DNA of 64,000 nucleotides, from NCBI GenBank assembly GCA_951406725.2, contig OX597819.1, positions 79,670,001 to 79,734,000 of the forward strand, in the 5' to 3' direction. Of this stretch, positions 39,448-53,299 are shown piece after piece. The notes below the pieces were generated by a model. It was not told where the DNA came from. It saw nothing but the letters and a program-made list of their open reading frames with translations, and ran no database searches. Both the position numbers and the translations under genes were made by a program. Numbering within the stretch: the first letter of the stretch is position 1; every line of letters starts with the position of its first letter. This DNA comes from Octopus vulgaris. Lineage: Eukaryota.

Positions 39448-40845
39448 ATGGAGAAAACGCCAGCGGGTGGCCACAGTTATTCGGCCGCAACTGGAAAAGG
39501 AACAGAAGAGGAAACGTTGGAAATAATTGAAATTGAGGTAGAACCAAGGAAAATGAAGGAATATGAAAGATTACTGGAGAAGGAGGGAGATACGTTGAAG
39601 TTAACGCCGCCTGCAGAACTGACAAGCAATGTAACAAAACGAACAGATGTATTTAAAACCATGAAAATAGCAACGAGAAAGACAGAGATTGCGACTGTGG
39701 AAGAAATTGAAGAGATTTTGAAAAGCATAAAAAAACTTACGACATATATAACAAGAGGAAGGAAGTATGCCACAGTGGAGGAGCGCTTTGCGACAGAGGA
39801 AGAGGCAATTAAGAATGCAACGGAGGCAATAAGATCGGGGGAGTGAGTACTTTTGCCTTCGTACTGTGGCAAACGTGTGGCCAGAGCGCGAGTAGGCAAA
39901 GTACCCCCAGAACTAAAAGAGACATGGCTGATGACAGCCATAATGTTCAACATGAAAGATGAGGCCAAGATACTGAAGGCCACAAGGACAAATAGAATCA
40001 ACTATTGGGGATACGGGATCGAGCTCACTCTCCAGGCAACAATAGAAGATATAAATCGGATTGCTGAGGAGATAGTGCTGCCCGACGACTTGAGATTGAG
40101 AGTAATGGTGGTGGGCAGGCCGCCTGTATGTTTTACATGTGGGGAGAAAGGCCACATGAAGGTGAGGTGCCCACAGAGAGAACAGATGGAGAAACAGGAG
40201 AGTACGGAACAGGTAGTACAGGTGGAGATGGAAGAAGAAACAACGGAGGAGGGATTCACGGTGGTGGAAAGAAAAAGAAGTGGAAGAGTGAGCCCGCCGC
40301 CAGGTAACCAGAAAAAGAAGAAAGAAGAAATGAAAGCTGCGACCAGGAGGAAGGAAGACAAAATGGTGGTGGAGAAAGAAGTGAAAAAGTAACTGGAAAA
40401 GTGTGTGAGAATGAGTTACAGAAGGAGGAAACAGTGTTGAAGACACCGGTTATTTTAGCGAAGGAGAAAGATTCAGGAATGCAGCTGTACGAGGGTGAAA
40501 TGGAGAAACTTTTCAGATTGGAGATAGAAAAGGAAAAAGTACATGAAGTGGAAGTAGAAAAGAGAAAACCAAGAAAAGGAAAAAAATAAATGGAACTTCG
40601 CAACACATGCAAAAAACAAAGAGACGGAAAGAAAAATTGTGAAATTTAAGCCTATCATAAGGGTAAGGTTAGCCACGGTTATGTATTCCGAAAATGTGAA
40701 GGCCATTGTGATCGACAAAGACACATACAAGAGACTGAGAGACATGTGCGGAGACAAGATTGACCCGCCCGGAGTGTTGGTGGAGTTCGACGAACTGCCA
40801 CCCGTAGCTGAACTCAGAGACGTGGAGCCGTTCATGAGGTATTAA
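39448..40845 (+). pseudogene. LINE ORF1/gag-like protein with CCHC zinc knuckle, disrupted
   Basis: ATG 39448, in-frame TGA 39844, CFTCGEKGHMKVRC, FTVVERKR motif and E/K-rich tail, further stop and frameshift; no ORF2 follows. Confidence 0.8.
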
Positions 40846-42323
40846 AATGAAAAAAGAGTAAGTAAAATAGTTTTGTTGAAAAAAAAAAAGGATAAAGTAA
40901 AAGTGTTTCATGATAATTAAGAAAAAAACAATAGAAAAATAGTACGATTGTAAATAGTGTGTATAAACGTTCAAATGGCACTGCATGAGAATGGGGCTCA
41001 TGCAGCCATTTCATTTCTTCATTTTTATATAACATTTCATTCTTATTCGTTTTATGTTTTATATCCCCATTGTAGTGTTGTGTCTGTCCTTGTAGTGTCC
41101 CCCTCTGTGTTGTGGCCTTGGTGCCAAATAAAGAAATTTCATGTTGGTAGTAATTCACTGTGAGCCTTTGATATAGTGCGTTGCGTCTCATGTAATGGTA
41201 GTACGTCATGTATATACTTTCTCCCCACCCCTGATTCATTATATTATATACTCGATACAAAGGATATAAAATCTTGGTGCTCCAGCATGGCTGCACTCAA
41301 ATGACTGAAACAAGTAAAAGAATAGGAGAATAAAAGAATACCAATGAAGAGCATGAAAACTCGACTAATTTGGGCGTTCTCAGTATAAAAGTATTGGCAC
41401 CGCTTTTTGGAGTAGAAATGATCCCACGATGTCACAGACGACATTATACATCACCATAGTGTTTTTTATTCGAACATTTACAGTGAAAGTCTACCGAAAA
41501 TCGCTACGTCTATGTTGCTACATGCTAGCGCGAAATTATTAGAAGGAAGTAATTGCAAACACTATATTTACATTCTTTTATTACGCTATTTTGTAGCATC
41601 TGTCAGCCAATGAAATACAGCCGTGATGGGACGGCGTCTTGAAGAATTTAATTAAACAAACAAACCCCAGTATTCTTACACTTTTTAAAGTCCGTTACAT
41701 AGTCTATTTTACTGAATCACTAGGTTACAGGAACGTAAACAAACCAACACTGGTTGTCAAACAGTACCTGACCAAACCACATCAGTGGATATTAGTCACT
41801 GATACTTAGGTAGCCTACCTCTATAAATCGCACATCTAATATAGCTTTCTAAACAACACTAACAATTTTTAGTAATGCGAATGTCTATATTTTATGGTTA
41901 TTGCAAATAACTTGCTGAACCCAACGTCAACTTGTGTAGATTACATAAAATCTATTAATTCTGATTTATATATTAATAATTTCTAAGTGTAGGTCTTTAA
42001 CATTTTATAACAATTGATTCAAATATCAATAAATCATTGCATTATTTTTTAAATATTTATTTTTAGTTTACATTGCTTTATCCATTTCTTTGAAAACTAT
42101 TCCACTTTTGATGAATATTCTACCTTCTCTTCAACAAGTATTTTTCGATAAAGTTGCATTTCGGCTAACTTCTCTTTCGGTTAATATACTTTCGGCTCTT
42201 GTATTTTCGTCGAATGTGTTTTCACTTAATGTGTTCCTTGACCCATTTATGTATTTATATATATATATACACATTTAGACACACACGCACGCACGCATAC
42301 ACACACACACACACACACACACA

Positions 42324-42396
<73 letters not shown>

Positions 42397-43097
42397 AAAA
42401 GATAGATGCATGTGTTGGTTAAGAAGTCTGCAGCGCAACCGCGTGGTTTTGATTTCACTTCCACTGCGCGTTATTCGAGGCAAATATATTCTACTACTGC
42501 CCCTGGTCAACCAATGTGGTGTGTATTCATATCACACATAATTCACCTGTTAACTGCGTCCAATGAGACGAGGCGTTCTCCGGTGGAGAAAAACAACCGT
42601 GATAAGATATTCATGATAAAGCCTGCCAGAACACATTAAATATGAATAGATACATTATTGTTTGGATTCTCGCTGTTCTGTGTTCAGCCCACGATTTGTT
42701 AACAGTTTGGCAGGCAACTGCACACATCAGCAAATAATTTGTGTGCTGATTCCTAAAAGACAAGAGGTCGTGCTCTTGTGACATTTATCGACCCGGCCCT
42801 GGGGTAGCTTCGACCGAGGATACACACAACAAAGTCGAAAAACTGCGGCATCTCGAAGTCCCCTTAATCCGTGAACCAGTGAATCACGGGTGCTATGAAC
42901 ACGGGAGTGGCATTAGTACAGTTTATGTTACTAACGATTGCTGTGATTAAACGGTTAGTAATAGAAGAGAGACGATGTTAGTGATAGTGGCGGTTGCGAT
43001 GGTTGTGTTAGTTATAGTCATGGCATTGATGGTCGTCGTACTGGTTGTGACGGTGATGATTGTAATAAAGGTGTGGGAGTAGGAAGAGTGATGGTAT

Positions 43098-43520
43098 TAG
43101 GCGGCGAGCTGGCAGAAACGTTAGCACGTCGGGCAAAATGCTTAGCGGTATTTCGTCTGCCGTTACGTTGTGAGTTCAAATTCCGCCGAGGTCGACTTTA
43201 CCTTTCATTCTTTCGGGGTCGATAAATTAAGTACCAGTTACGCACTGGGGTCGATGTAATCGACTTAATACCTATGTCTGTCCTTGTTTTTCCCTTCTAT
43301 GTTTAGCCCCTTGTGGGTAATAAAGAAATAGGTATTTCGTCTGCCGTTACGGTGTGAGTTCAAATTCCGCCGAGGTCGACTTTACCTTTCATCCTTTCGG
43401 GATCGATAAAGTAAGTACCAGCTACGCACTGGTGTCGATGTAATCGACTTAATACCTTTGTCTGTCCTTGATTGTCCTCTCTATGTTTAGCCCCTTGTGG
43501 GTAATAAAAAAATAGGTATT
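43098..43520 (+). mobile_element. SINE family B with a 184-bp internal tandem duplication
   Basis: Head aggcggcgagctggcagaaacgttag, B-box-like gagttcaaattcc; units 43147-43330 and 43331-43514, plus GGTATT start of a third. Confidence 0.9.
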
Positions 43521-44629
43521 AGTGTGGGTTTGGGTGTAGTTGGTGGGGTTGATGGCGATAAGTTAGTGCTGCTACTGTTATGTCATGGTAATGGAGATGA
43601 TGGTGGCGATGGTGGTGATGATCATGCAGATAGTGCCATTGGTTTGGGCGTGGTGATGATATTCGTGTCATGGTTGTTAGGGTGATGTCGATGTGACGCG
43701 TTATGAGCTTCATGATGATAATGAGGGTGCTGATGCTGGTAGTGATAATGATGCGATCATGATACTGCGGATGATGTTATTGGTGGTGGCGATGTTGGTG
43801 GTGGTGATATTGTTATTGTTGATGATGGTGGTGAAGACGAGGGCAATGCTATGATGGATGGTTGTGTTAGTGTTGTTTTTGGTGATGTCGGTAGTGGTAA
43901 TGCTAGAGGTGGTGTTGGTTGTTGTTGTTGTTGTTGTTGTTAAGCAACAAGACGAGTAAGGGTGATTACGTGATAGTCTAGGGCTTAGTGGCAGGAGACC
44001 CCAGACCTTGGAAAAAAAATTTTGGTCGTCTTGTTGTAGTCGAGGGCGCTTCGTTGACGCCCGTCGCTGGAAATGGAGATCTCCAGGTCCAAATTCTTGA
44101 ACGGGTGGTGGCCGTTGTGGCAGTTTTGTTATTGTTTTTGGTAGTGGTGATGGTGGTGGTGCTGGTGGAGGCGGTGATGGTGTACGTGGTGATAGTGGTC
44201 GTGATGGTGATGATGGTAATAATGGTAGTTGTGATGGTGGTGGTGGAGATATTAATGGATTCATAGTCATGGCGGAGACATCACTAGTGTTGATGTCAGT
44301 GGTGACGTAACGGGGTACGATGGTGGTGGTGACGACGCATTTATAATGTCGACAGTGATGACAGTGATGATGTCGTCGTCGGTGATGCTGCTGATAATGG
44401 TGATGCTTGATAAGGTAGTAGTGGTGGTAGTTGATAAGGTAGTAGCGACGGCCCCATCGTGACGATGGAGGATATTAGTGATGCGTTGATGACGTCTGTG
44501 TCGTTGGTATTTCAATTGATAATGAAGATGGAGTTAACGTATGTTGGTGGAGGCAATGCTGGAGATGGTGGCGGGTGGTAACGGACTCAGATGGGGGGGG
44601 GCTGATAGTGTTGGTACCGTTGACGTTTA

Positions 44630-45002
44630 TCTCTCTATATATAAACGGCAGTTTGTCTGTGTGTGTTTCTGTGTGTCTGTCAGCTTGTACCCTCACCCTG
44701 ACCACGGCTTTCAACCGATTCTGATGAAACTTGACACACACATAGCCCAATGTCATAATTCAAAACTAACGCAGCGAAAATTTTGAAAAGTTCCCCCAGT
44801 TCTGAAAAGAATCGATAAATTCGACATGGGGTCGAGAATCAGAAACACAAACCACAGACTGCCTAGGGGACGCAACTCAACCTTTTTAACTAAAAAAAAA
44901 ATTTACCATAATTTTTTTTCCCATTTTTTGGCTATAACTCTCTAAAAATGCTTTATAGTTATTTCCCTTACAAACCCGAGCAACGCCGGGCGATACTGCT
45001 AG
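44630..45002 (+). mobile_element. Non-autonomous Helitron
   Basis: A|TC 5' end, sub-terminal hairpin CCCGAGCAACGCCGGG (44975-44990), CTAG|T 3' end, no TSD. Confidence 0.88.
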
Positions 45003-45077
45003 TTGTATATAAAGGCAGCACGAGTTATACTGTATTTGATGTAACTTTATTTTGTTTGCAGTTATATTATATTATAA

Positions 45078-45307
45078 CCACAGACGTGACTGAGTGGTAA
45101 GAAGTTTGGATCCCGGTCGCATGGTTCTGGGTACAGTCCCACGTTGTGGCTCCCTGAGCAAGTGTCTTCTACTATAGCCTCGGGTTAACTAAATCCTTGT
45201 GGGTGGATTTGGTTCACGGAAACTGAAAAAAGCCCATCGTACATATATATATTTATATCTTATCTTTTACTTGTTTCAGTCATTAGACTGCAGCCATGCT
45301 GGGACAC

Positions 45308-45362
<55 letters not shown>

Positions 45363-45656
45363 CATATGGTATAATTATAAACAGGGCAAATTTTAGCCAT
45401 TTCTCCGCAGACAGTAAAAAATGAACAACCTTAATCAATTTTCGAACCTGACTGGATTCCAGAGAAAGAAGTAGTCACACTGATTAAATGCGGTAGTTAC
45501 TCTATGAAGGAGTCCCTAATTTGCGTATCGAAAGTGTTTAACACTCTATAAATACCAGCGACCCGTCAACGGGGATCTTAGTCCACGCAGTGTCTGTCTG
45601 TCTGCCTGTCTGTATGACTGTCTGTCGGTCTGTTTGTCTGTCTGTCTGTCTGTTTG

Positions 45657-45729
<73 letters not shown>

Positions 45730-45920
45730 ATGACAACTGGTGCTGGTGGTTTTACATCTCCGTAGCATAGCAGTTCTGGAGAAGGGCCGGATACAAGAAG
45801 TTCTTGGCTTCAAAAATATATGTACCGTGGTCGATTCATGCGACTAAAAATTCTTCAAGGCGGCGCTCCAGAATGGCCGTAGACTAATGACAAAAACAAA
45901 TAAAAGATAAAGGACAAAAG
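45078..45920 (+). mobile_element. SINE family A split at its internal microsatellite (5' half 45078-45240, 3' half 45732-45920)
   Basis: Both halves match family A; other sequence intervenes. Confidence 0.7.
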
Positions 45921-46400
45921 ACTTAGCAATACACTATCCAGTTTGTCCTTCCTAGTCTTTGAAGATATGAGGGTGATTTGAAATGGACTTCCAGGGTAAG
46001 TCCCTTGTAGTTTGCTGTTGTTTCCTGCGGTCCCCCGTGGTCTTCTTCAATGGCTCGATAATGAAGGTGGCGTTGTTTAATCCCAGGTTATCAATGGAGA
46101 GGAGAACTATGATCAAAAGAATTGCAACCAAGACCATTCAGCACATTTTCTGTGTACAATGGTCATGGGACCACATCATCAATTTAAGATGCTGAGGGTG
46201 GGTGTAGCTTAAGGATGGATTAGCTGATATTTCAATCAGGTTGAAGTTGAAGCCCTCGATATCAGTGGTGGTTGTGGTGCCGATGGTTTTGATATGAACA
46301 CCTTAGTTCTTGAATGCTGCAATGAAATTGATATTGATTTTGGCGTAGATAATAATCGTTGTTGCTCTTGTGGTGCTGTTGGTGACGGTGTTGGTAATGG

Positions 46401-46453
<53 letters not shown>

Positions 46454-47322
46454 GTAATGATGATAATTATGATAATGATGATGATGATGATGATGATGGT
46501 GATGATGGTGATAAGGTCGACAACGACGATGATGGTAATGATGATGATGACGATGACGACGATGACGATGTTGATGATGTTTATAACGATGACGGTGATG
46601 ATGAGGTGGAGGAGGAGCAAGAGGAGGAATACGAGCTGGATGGTGAAATGACGACGGAGAGGATGACGATGGTGATGATGACGACGATAATTATACAGGT
46701 GGTATTAATCATGACGTTAATGATGATGATGATGATAATATTGTTATTATATGTGTACAGATAATGTATGAGTGCGTATACGAACATTTGCATGCACTCA
46801 TCCAAAGAATTTGCATATTAGTGCGTGCGCCTGCGTGTGCATGCTTCCGCTTGTGTATGTTTATTATTGTGTATGAAAGAGTGCGCTAAGAGCGTGTATC
46901 ATTGTACCAAGGTGTGTGTACACGTGAACGGGTGCACGTGTGTTTGTGTATGTGGTTGTATGTGTGTGTGTGTGTGCGTGTTTATACGTGTGTATGTGTG
47001 CATAAATGTATAGACGAGTGCGTTTTTATTCTGGTGTGTGTTTGTGTGCTGTCAGATTAACCCATTGAGTGCGGTGGGAATGGAATGGAGTTGTCCAATA
47101 ATTTATACCTGATTTATGAGCTAAGGAATCATTTTCTAGATATGCAATCACCGAACTTTGCTTTCGTTGCAATAAATATATAGAAAAAGAACAACGTGCA
47201 TAATTGCGCAAGAGAATCTCTATAACGTTTGTGTGTTTCTGCGTCTAGATATGTGTATGTTTGTGTTTTATATGTATGCATATATGTGTTTAGATTTGTA
47301 TGTTTATATGTATGTATGTATG

Positions 47323-47354
<32 letters not shown>

Positions 47355-47615
47355 TGTATGCATGTATGTGTGTACGTACGTACACATGCAAGTATGTATA
47401 TATGTACATATGTATGTACGCATGCAGGTATGTATGTATTAATGAATGTATGTGTGCATGTATGCTTTTATGCATGTATGGATAATGTATGTATGCATGT
47501 ATGTGCATTATTAAGATACATATAATTGCATGACTGTATGGAAGTATGAATGTATGTGTGTGTATTATTACGATATATTTGTAATTTATAATAGTATATG
47601 CAAGTTTACTCACAG

Positions 47616-47698
<83 letters not shown>

Positions 47699-48250
47699 TG
47701 TTTGTATATACATACATATATGTATATATATTTATGCATACATATATATGTATATGTGTATATACGTATGTAGATATGTATGTATGTGTGTGTATGCACG
47801 TGTGTATATGCATATGAATTTATGTTTGCACATGTAATCATACTCGCTTTAAATTCCATTTTAAATATTAGTAAATGAATATCGATTGCGATGGAAGGAA
47901 AATACTCTCATACATTGCATGAATATCCTTATCAAACTTGTCGTCAGTCATTTATCATAGAATAAATATATTTGGGCGGGAAGAACAAAAATCTAAAATC
48001 AACAACAACAACAACAACAACGCCTAAACAACAAGTATACAGCAATAAACAACTAGCGTGTAACTACATGAATAAGTAAAGATAACCAGAAAACAAAGAG
48101 GCAATCTGTTATTAAAAAAATAGTACGTAAAATAAATATTACATATGAACATGGAAAGACGGAAAATAATATAATTACACACATACACACGCAGACATAC
48201 ACGTCTAGAGAGATATACAGATAACTGTATATATAGATATATAGATAATG

Positions 48251-48281
<31 letters not shown>

Positions 48282-48458
48282 GTATATATATATATATATA
48301 TTTATATATGTACACATAAATGTGTGTTGGTATTTCATATGTACATATATACACGCACATACACACACGCACATACACCCACGCACCCACGCGCGCACAC
48401 ACCACACACACATATAGTTATATGTATAATGACAAATACATACATTTGCTTGTAGGTA

Positions 48459-48490
<32 letters not shown>

Positions 48491-49406
48491 AAAGTATTTA
48501 TGCACACATACATGTAATATATACATAGATACATACATACATACAAGCACACACATACATTCACACACACGCACATACATATATATATATGAAACACATC
48601 TCCATATTAGACATAAATGATGCATTAAGTTCTGCATGAACATTTAGAATTTTTCTATAAACCTGTAAGACGAATGATAATTTCGTGTCTTCATATGAGG
48701 AGAACAGGAAAAGACTTATGTTCATATTATATTGACATCAAAGATATCTCTCGTTATTGTCTTGATAATTTCTCCCTCTCTCTCTATCTCTGTATTTATT
48801 ATTTCTTTTTTACATTGTATTCCATCTTAATGTCATTAGTATTGTAGTATTTATTGTTGTTATTGTATTTGTCATTGTATTTGTTTTTCCATCCACTCCC
48901 TAGTTTTGCTTCGCTTCTGTCTTCTCGTCTATGTATTATCATATATGCGTATGTGTGTCTGTATTTTATTTTGCTTTACTGTTTCTGATGATTTACCTTG
49001 CAATTGTTTAACCGCCGTCGTTTGGATTTTTATTTCGTTTGTTAATTGCCATCCTCATATGCCCTAGTGTGTGCGCATGTGAAAAGCGGGTGCGTATTTG
49101 TACATATGTATGTTTAAATACTTGCATTTAAATCTGCACATATGTAAGCATATATTTGCACACTCAGATTTATATTTAATGCGTGTGTGTGCATGAGTGT
49201 GTGCGCAGACAGAGAGACATACTCAGTCACAGACACGCTGCTGTGGCAAATATGCGTTTACATATACGCTAATATGTTTGTTTGTGAGTAGGCATATATA
49301 TATATATATATTGAATGTTTCTGTGTATATACTTTATATATGATGCACATATATACATATATATATGCATACATTCATAGATACATACACACGCCCGCGC
49401 ACACAT

Positions 49407-49445
<39 letters not shown>

Positions 49446-49951
49446 CACGCATTCATATATCTTAAATTTGTAAATATAGACACTCTAAAACGAAAAAAGC
49501 CATACATATTTATTACAGTTTCATTTATTTTAGTGTTTTATATTAGTATGTACAATACATATAATATAATCATTTATCTTACGTAACTAGCCTCATATTT
49601 GAAACCTATACATCAAAATCCTGACTATACATTTCGCAGACATTTATATATTATTGTCTTGTAATTATTTATTTTAAACTGTTTTCTTATTTGAATGATT
49701 GGAAGCTTATGAAAATACTATTCCTTTCATTTGTCCATTCGCTTATTCCTTTTCTGTTACTGGACTGCGGCAATATCGGGGTATTTCAGGAGTTTCGTCG
49801 ATGATATCGACCCTGGTACTTTATGATAAAATGCGGTAATCAAATATAATGTTACTTTTACTATTTTTTTTTTGTTCTGTGAGCTACCGATTCTGTCTAC
49901 ATATAAATAATATTATTTTTTTCTATAATGTTTTTTTTCTACTATTGTCTA

Positions 49952-50350
49952 CAGGGTGATGGGGCTAAATTTGACAGCTTGCAGAAAAGGAAAAGATAAC
50001 ACCATTTCCCACCTAAGAGTAAAAGTATTCTTTTTTTTAAATCAGAAATATAATAGATTATGGCTGTTAGATAACAGTTTACACAAAGTAGCCGCCCTCG
50101 TTGGAGAGTATCAAGATTAAATTTGTAGTTGCGAAAAGGTTGGTTGACATAGAGAATTGGAAGCCATTTGAATATTGGGAAATATTTACAGCACTCTTTT
50201 CGGAGTCATGGCAAGAAGCCGCATCCTTCTGCCACACATACGGCTTTCCCGCAACAACCTTCTCCAGTCAGAGTTAGACCATAGTCTCCAGAAGCTTCAG
50301 ATAACCGTCTGAATTGAGCCTAAGAGCATGATCAAAGATTTTGGGCGCCA
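49952..50350 (-). mobile_element. Second remnant of the Tc1/maT-like family at 25192
   Basis: TA|CAGGGTGATGGGGCTAAATTTGACAG, caaagtagccgccctc and ataaccgtctgaa shared. Confidence 0.7.
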
Positions 50351-50645
50351 TTACGTCTATCTAACTGGAGACTCACCGAAAGGTCATCACATTTCGAGTG
50401 GATGTATATGGTACATCACATGGAGTGTAGGCAAGCAACCTAACGATATCAATATTTTTACTATGGAATGAAATCGAAGACACAAGTCATTTGGGACTCA
50501 AATGAAACATTCATCTTTTCAGGGTGGGTAAAATAGCTACCAGTTGATGACCCACGGGTATAGTTTCAGAACTTGTGCCTATAGTAGAGAAAATAAATAA
50601 CACTCTTAAGAGATTTGACAGATAAATAAATATAATAAAACAAAT

Positions 50646-50696
<51 letters not shown>

Positions 50697-50697
50697 G

Positions 50698-51958
50698 TAA
50701 ATTCATTTATTAGCCACAAGGACTCACATGCAATAACATTACTATGACACAGACATAAAAGACAACACAGAACGATACAATGGGTTTTACGGCGTGTAAA
50801 CAATATGTAACAATAAAAAAATCTAAAAAAAATTAAAACTCACAATAGGGAAGGCGCTTTAAGGTCCTTGTGGAAAAAGCCGCAGGTGCCTGATCAACAG
50901 AGCAAGAGTCCTTCTTTGATTCCCTTTATTACAGAATTGGTCCTTTCACACTGGCCATTCTTCCAACATTCACCCACCTTCCAACAAACTAGAAGGCAAC
51001 ACTTTCCTCTTTACCCTCAACTCCCTTTGCAAATGAAACTTGAAAAAGTTGATGAGGGCTTGGCCAAGGTGGAAAGTGTCTGACTTTAGCCCTTTCAGAC
51101 GAGTCCACCATACTACCTCTTTCGCTACAACCATCAGACAAATAAAACTTGCTTGCTTCTCCCGGTCAAAGGAGGGAAGCGAAGCAATCTTCACAATGGA
51201 TTCAGCTGATAGCCGGATCCGTTCTATACATGACAGTAGGTGTTCGACATAAGCCCGCAGATCAGCAATACTCGGACACTGGACAAAGGCGTGTAGAATG
51301 GTCTCATCGTTCTGCGCACACCTCAGGCAGGCCCGGTTGAAGACACTTCCGTGCCTGTAAAGTTTATCTCGAGCAGGCAGCGCCCCTCGGTAGCACTGCC
51401 AGGCAAGGGATTTCTGGAAGTTATCCATAGGCCCAGGCCCGAAAGTTCTCCACAACAGACCAGTTAGTTGATCTTCAGCGTCGTCCAGATTTTCCCCGAG
51501 AACGTCGTCGCACTTTCCCTCCACTAGCCCTTTATAGAACGCCAGAGTGGAACTACCACCGATCGATGTCATTACCCGCCTGGCAGGGGGCTGTGAGCGC
51601 TTGACGCCACTCGAGGTGCCAAGCGCACCAGCTTGGTCAACCAGCAAACGGGGCAAGGAACGACGGTCAAGCGGTAATAGCTGACGGATATGATGTACGT
51701 GTCCGCCACCGGCGCCTGATCTTTCAGTGAAAGCTATCTCTCGGCCTATTTCCGAGTTAGATTGGCTACCATGCTCGTCACCTTGTCTCAGTTTTTCTCC
51801 ACCTGGAGGTCTGTACCAAACAAGATTCCGAGGAATTTAACAGGACTGTCTGTCCGGAGCCCAATGATGCTGTTGGACGGCATAGACTTGCTTCTCCAGG
51901 AGCCGAGTTGCAAGCTCACTGACTTTTCCGCGTTAATTTTTGCTCCTGTCACCGCTTC

Positions 51959-51960
<2 letters not shown>
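50698..51960 (-). mobile_element. 5'-truncated L1/Tx1-clade LINE (ORF2 RT C-terminus and zinc finger, 3' UTR)
   Basis: YEAVTGAKINAEKS...VKFLGILFG and LAWQCYRGALPARDKL...CLRCAQNDETILHAFVQCP; ends AATAAA before (TTA)n. Confidence 0.9.
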
Positions 51961-52042
<82 letters not shown>

Positions 52043-52044
<2 letters not shown>

Positions 52045-53050
52045 CACCATAGGACTGCAAAAATATCTACTTCAGAAGGAAGGAAAACTGATCCAGATAG
52101 CGGCAAAACACGAGCAAAACAAAAAACTGTTCTCAGTATTTAAGGAAGCTGACAAATACAAACAAGAAATCATACCACCTAATAAACATGAAGAAGAAGA
52201 AGAAGATGAAGAAACAACAAAAGCTATAAAACAAATGAAATCCAAACTAAAAATAGAACAGCAACGAACCATGATAAAACGATGGCAAGAAAAGCCCCTT
52301 CATGGTAAATACAGCACTAAACTAAACGCAAAAGAAATAGACAAAGAAAAATCCCAGCAATGGTTGAGAAGCTCAGAACTCAAAGCAGAAACAGAGGGAT
52401 TTTTAATTGCAGCACAAGACCAAAGCCTCCCCACCAGAAATTACCAAAAACATGTAATGAAAAGAAATATTACAAGTAACTGCAGAATATGTGGAGATGG
52501 ACAAGAAACAATAAATCATATTATCTCTAGCTGCCCAGTCTTGGCTAAGAAGGAATATATTCACAGACATGACAGAGTTGGAACCTACATACATTGGAAG
52601 CTATGCCAACATTATGGAATAACAACAGAAAAAAGATGGTATAGGCACACACCAGAAAAGGTCACAGAAAACGAGAAAGCAACCATAATCTGGGATATGC
52701 CGATACACACAGATAGAGAAATTAAGGCCAACAGACCAGATATAGTTGTCAGAGATCATGAAGAAAAAAAATGCTTTCTAATTGATGTATCAATACCGGC
52801 TGATGACAACGTGTCTCTAAAAGAAATGGAGAAACTCTCAAAATACAAAGACCTGGAAATAGAGGTAACTAGAATGTGGAATCTGAAAACAGAAACAATT
52901 CCTATCATAGTAGGTGCATTAGGCATGATAAAAAAATATTCAGACAAATACATAACAAAAACACCAGGACTTACAAACACATATAACATACAGAAAATTG
53001 CACTACTAGGCACTGCACACATCCTACGCAGAACACTTTCCATACAATAA
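52043..53050 (+). CDS. C-terminal part of an RLE non-LTR retrotransposon ORF (R4/Dong/HERO-type): CCHC finger and PD-(D/E)xK endonuclease; 5'-truncated but uninterrupted
   Basis: AAQDQSLPTR, CRICGDGQETINHIISSC, RHD, NRPDIV, LIDVSIP, EKLSKYKDL; 3' UTR to about 53147, then (AAT)n. Confidence 0.93.
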
Positions 53051-53186
53051 CCATCAGAGCATCACAACAAATCACAGCACATACCCAAGGCACACAGAGC
53101 TGTGCTCGGTAGTGAAGTGAAAGCACGCTATAAAAATAAAACTACTGAATAATAATAATAATAATAACAATAATAATAATAATAAC

Positions 53187-53236
<50 letters not shown>

Positions 53237-53249
53237 TGATGATGACGAC

Positions 53250-53291
<42 letters not shown>

Positions 53292-53299
53292 AATGATGA

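Noticed and set aside
51986-52042. Met-poly-Ile N-terminus of the 354-aa ORF
   Set aside because: Comes from the (AAT)n tract with a chance ATG; the element is 5'-truncated at about 52043
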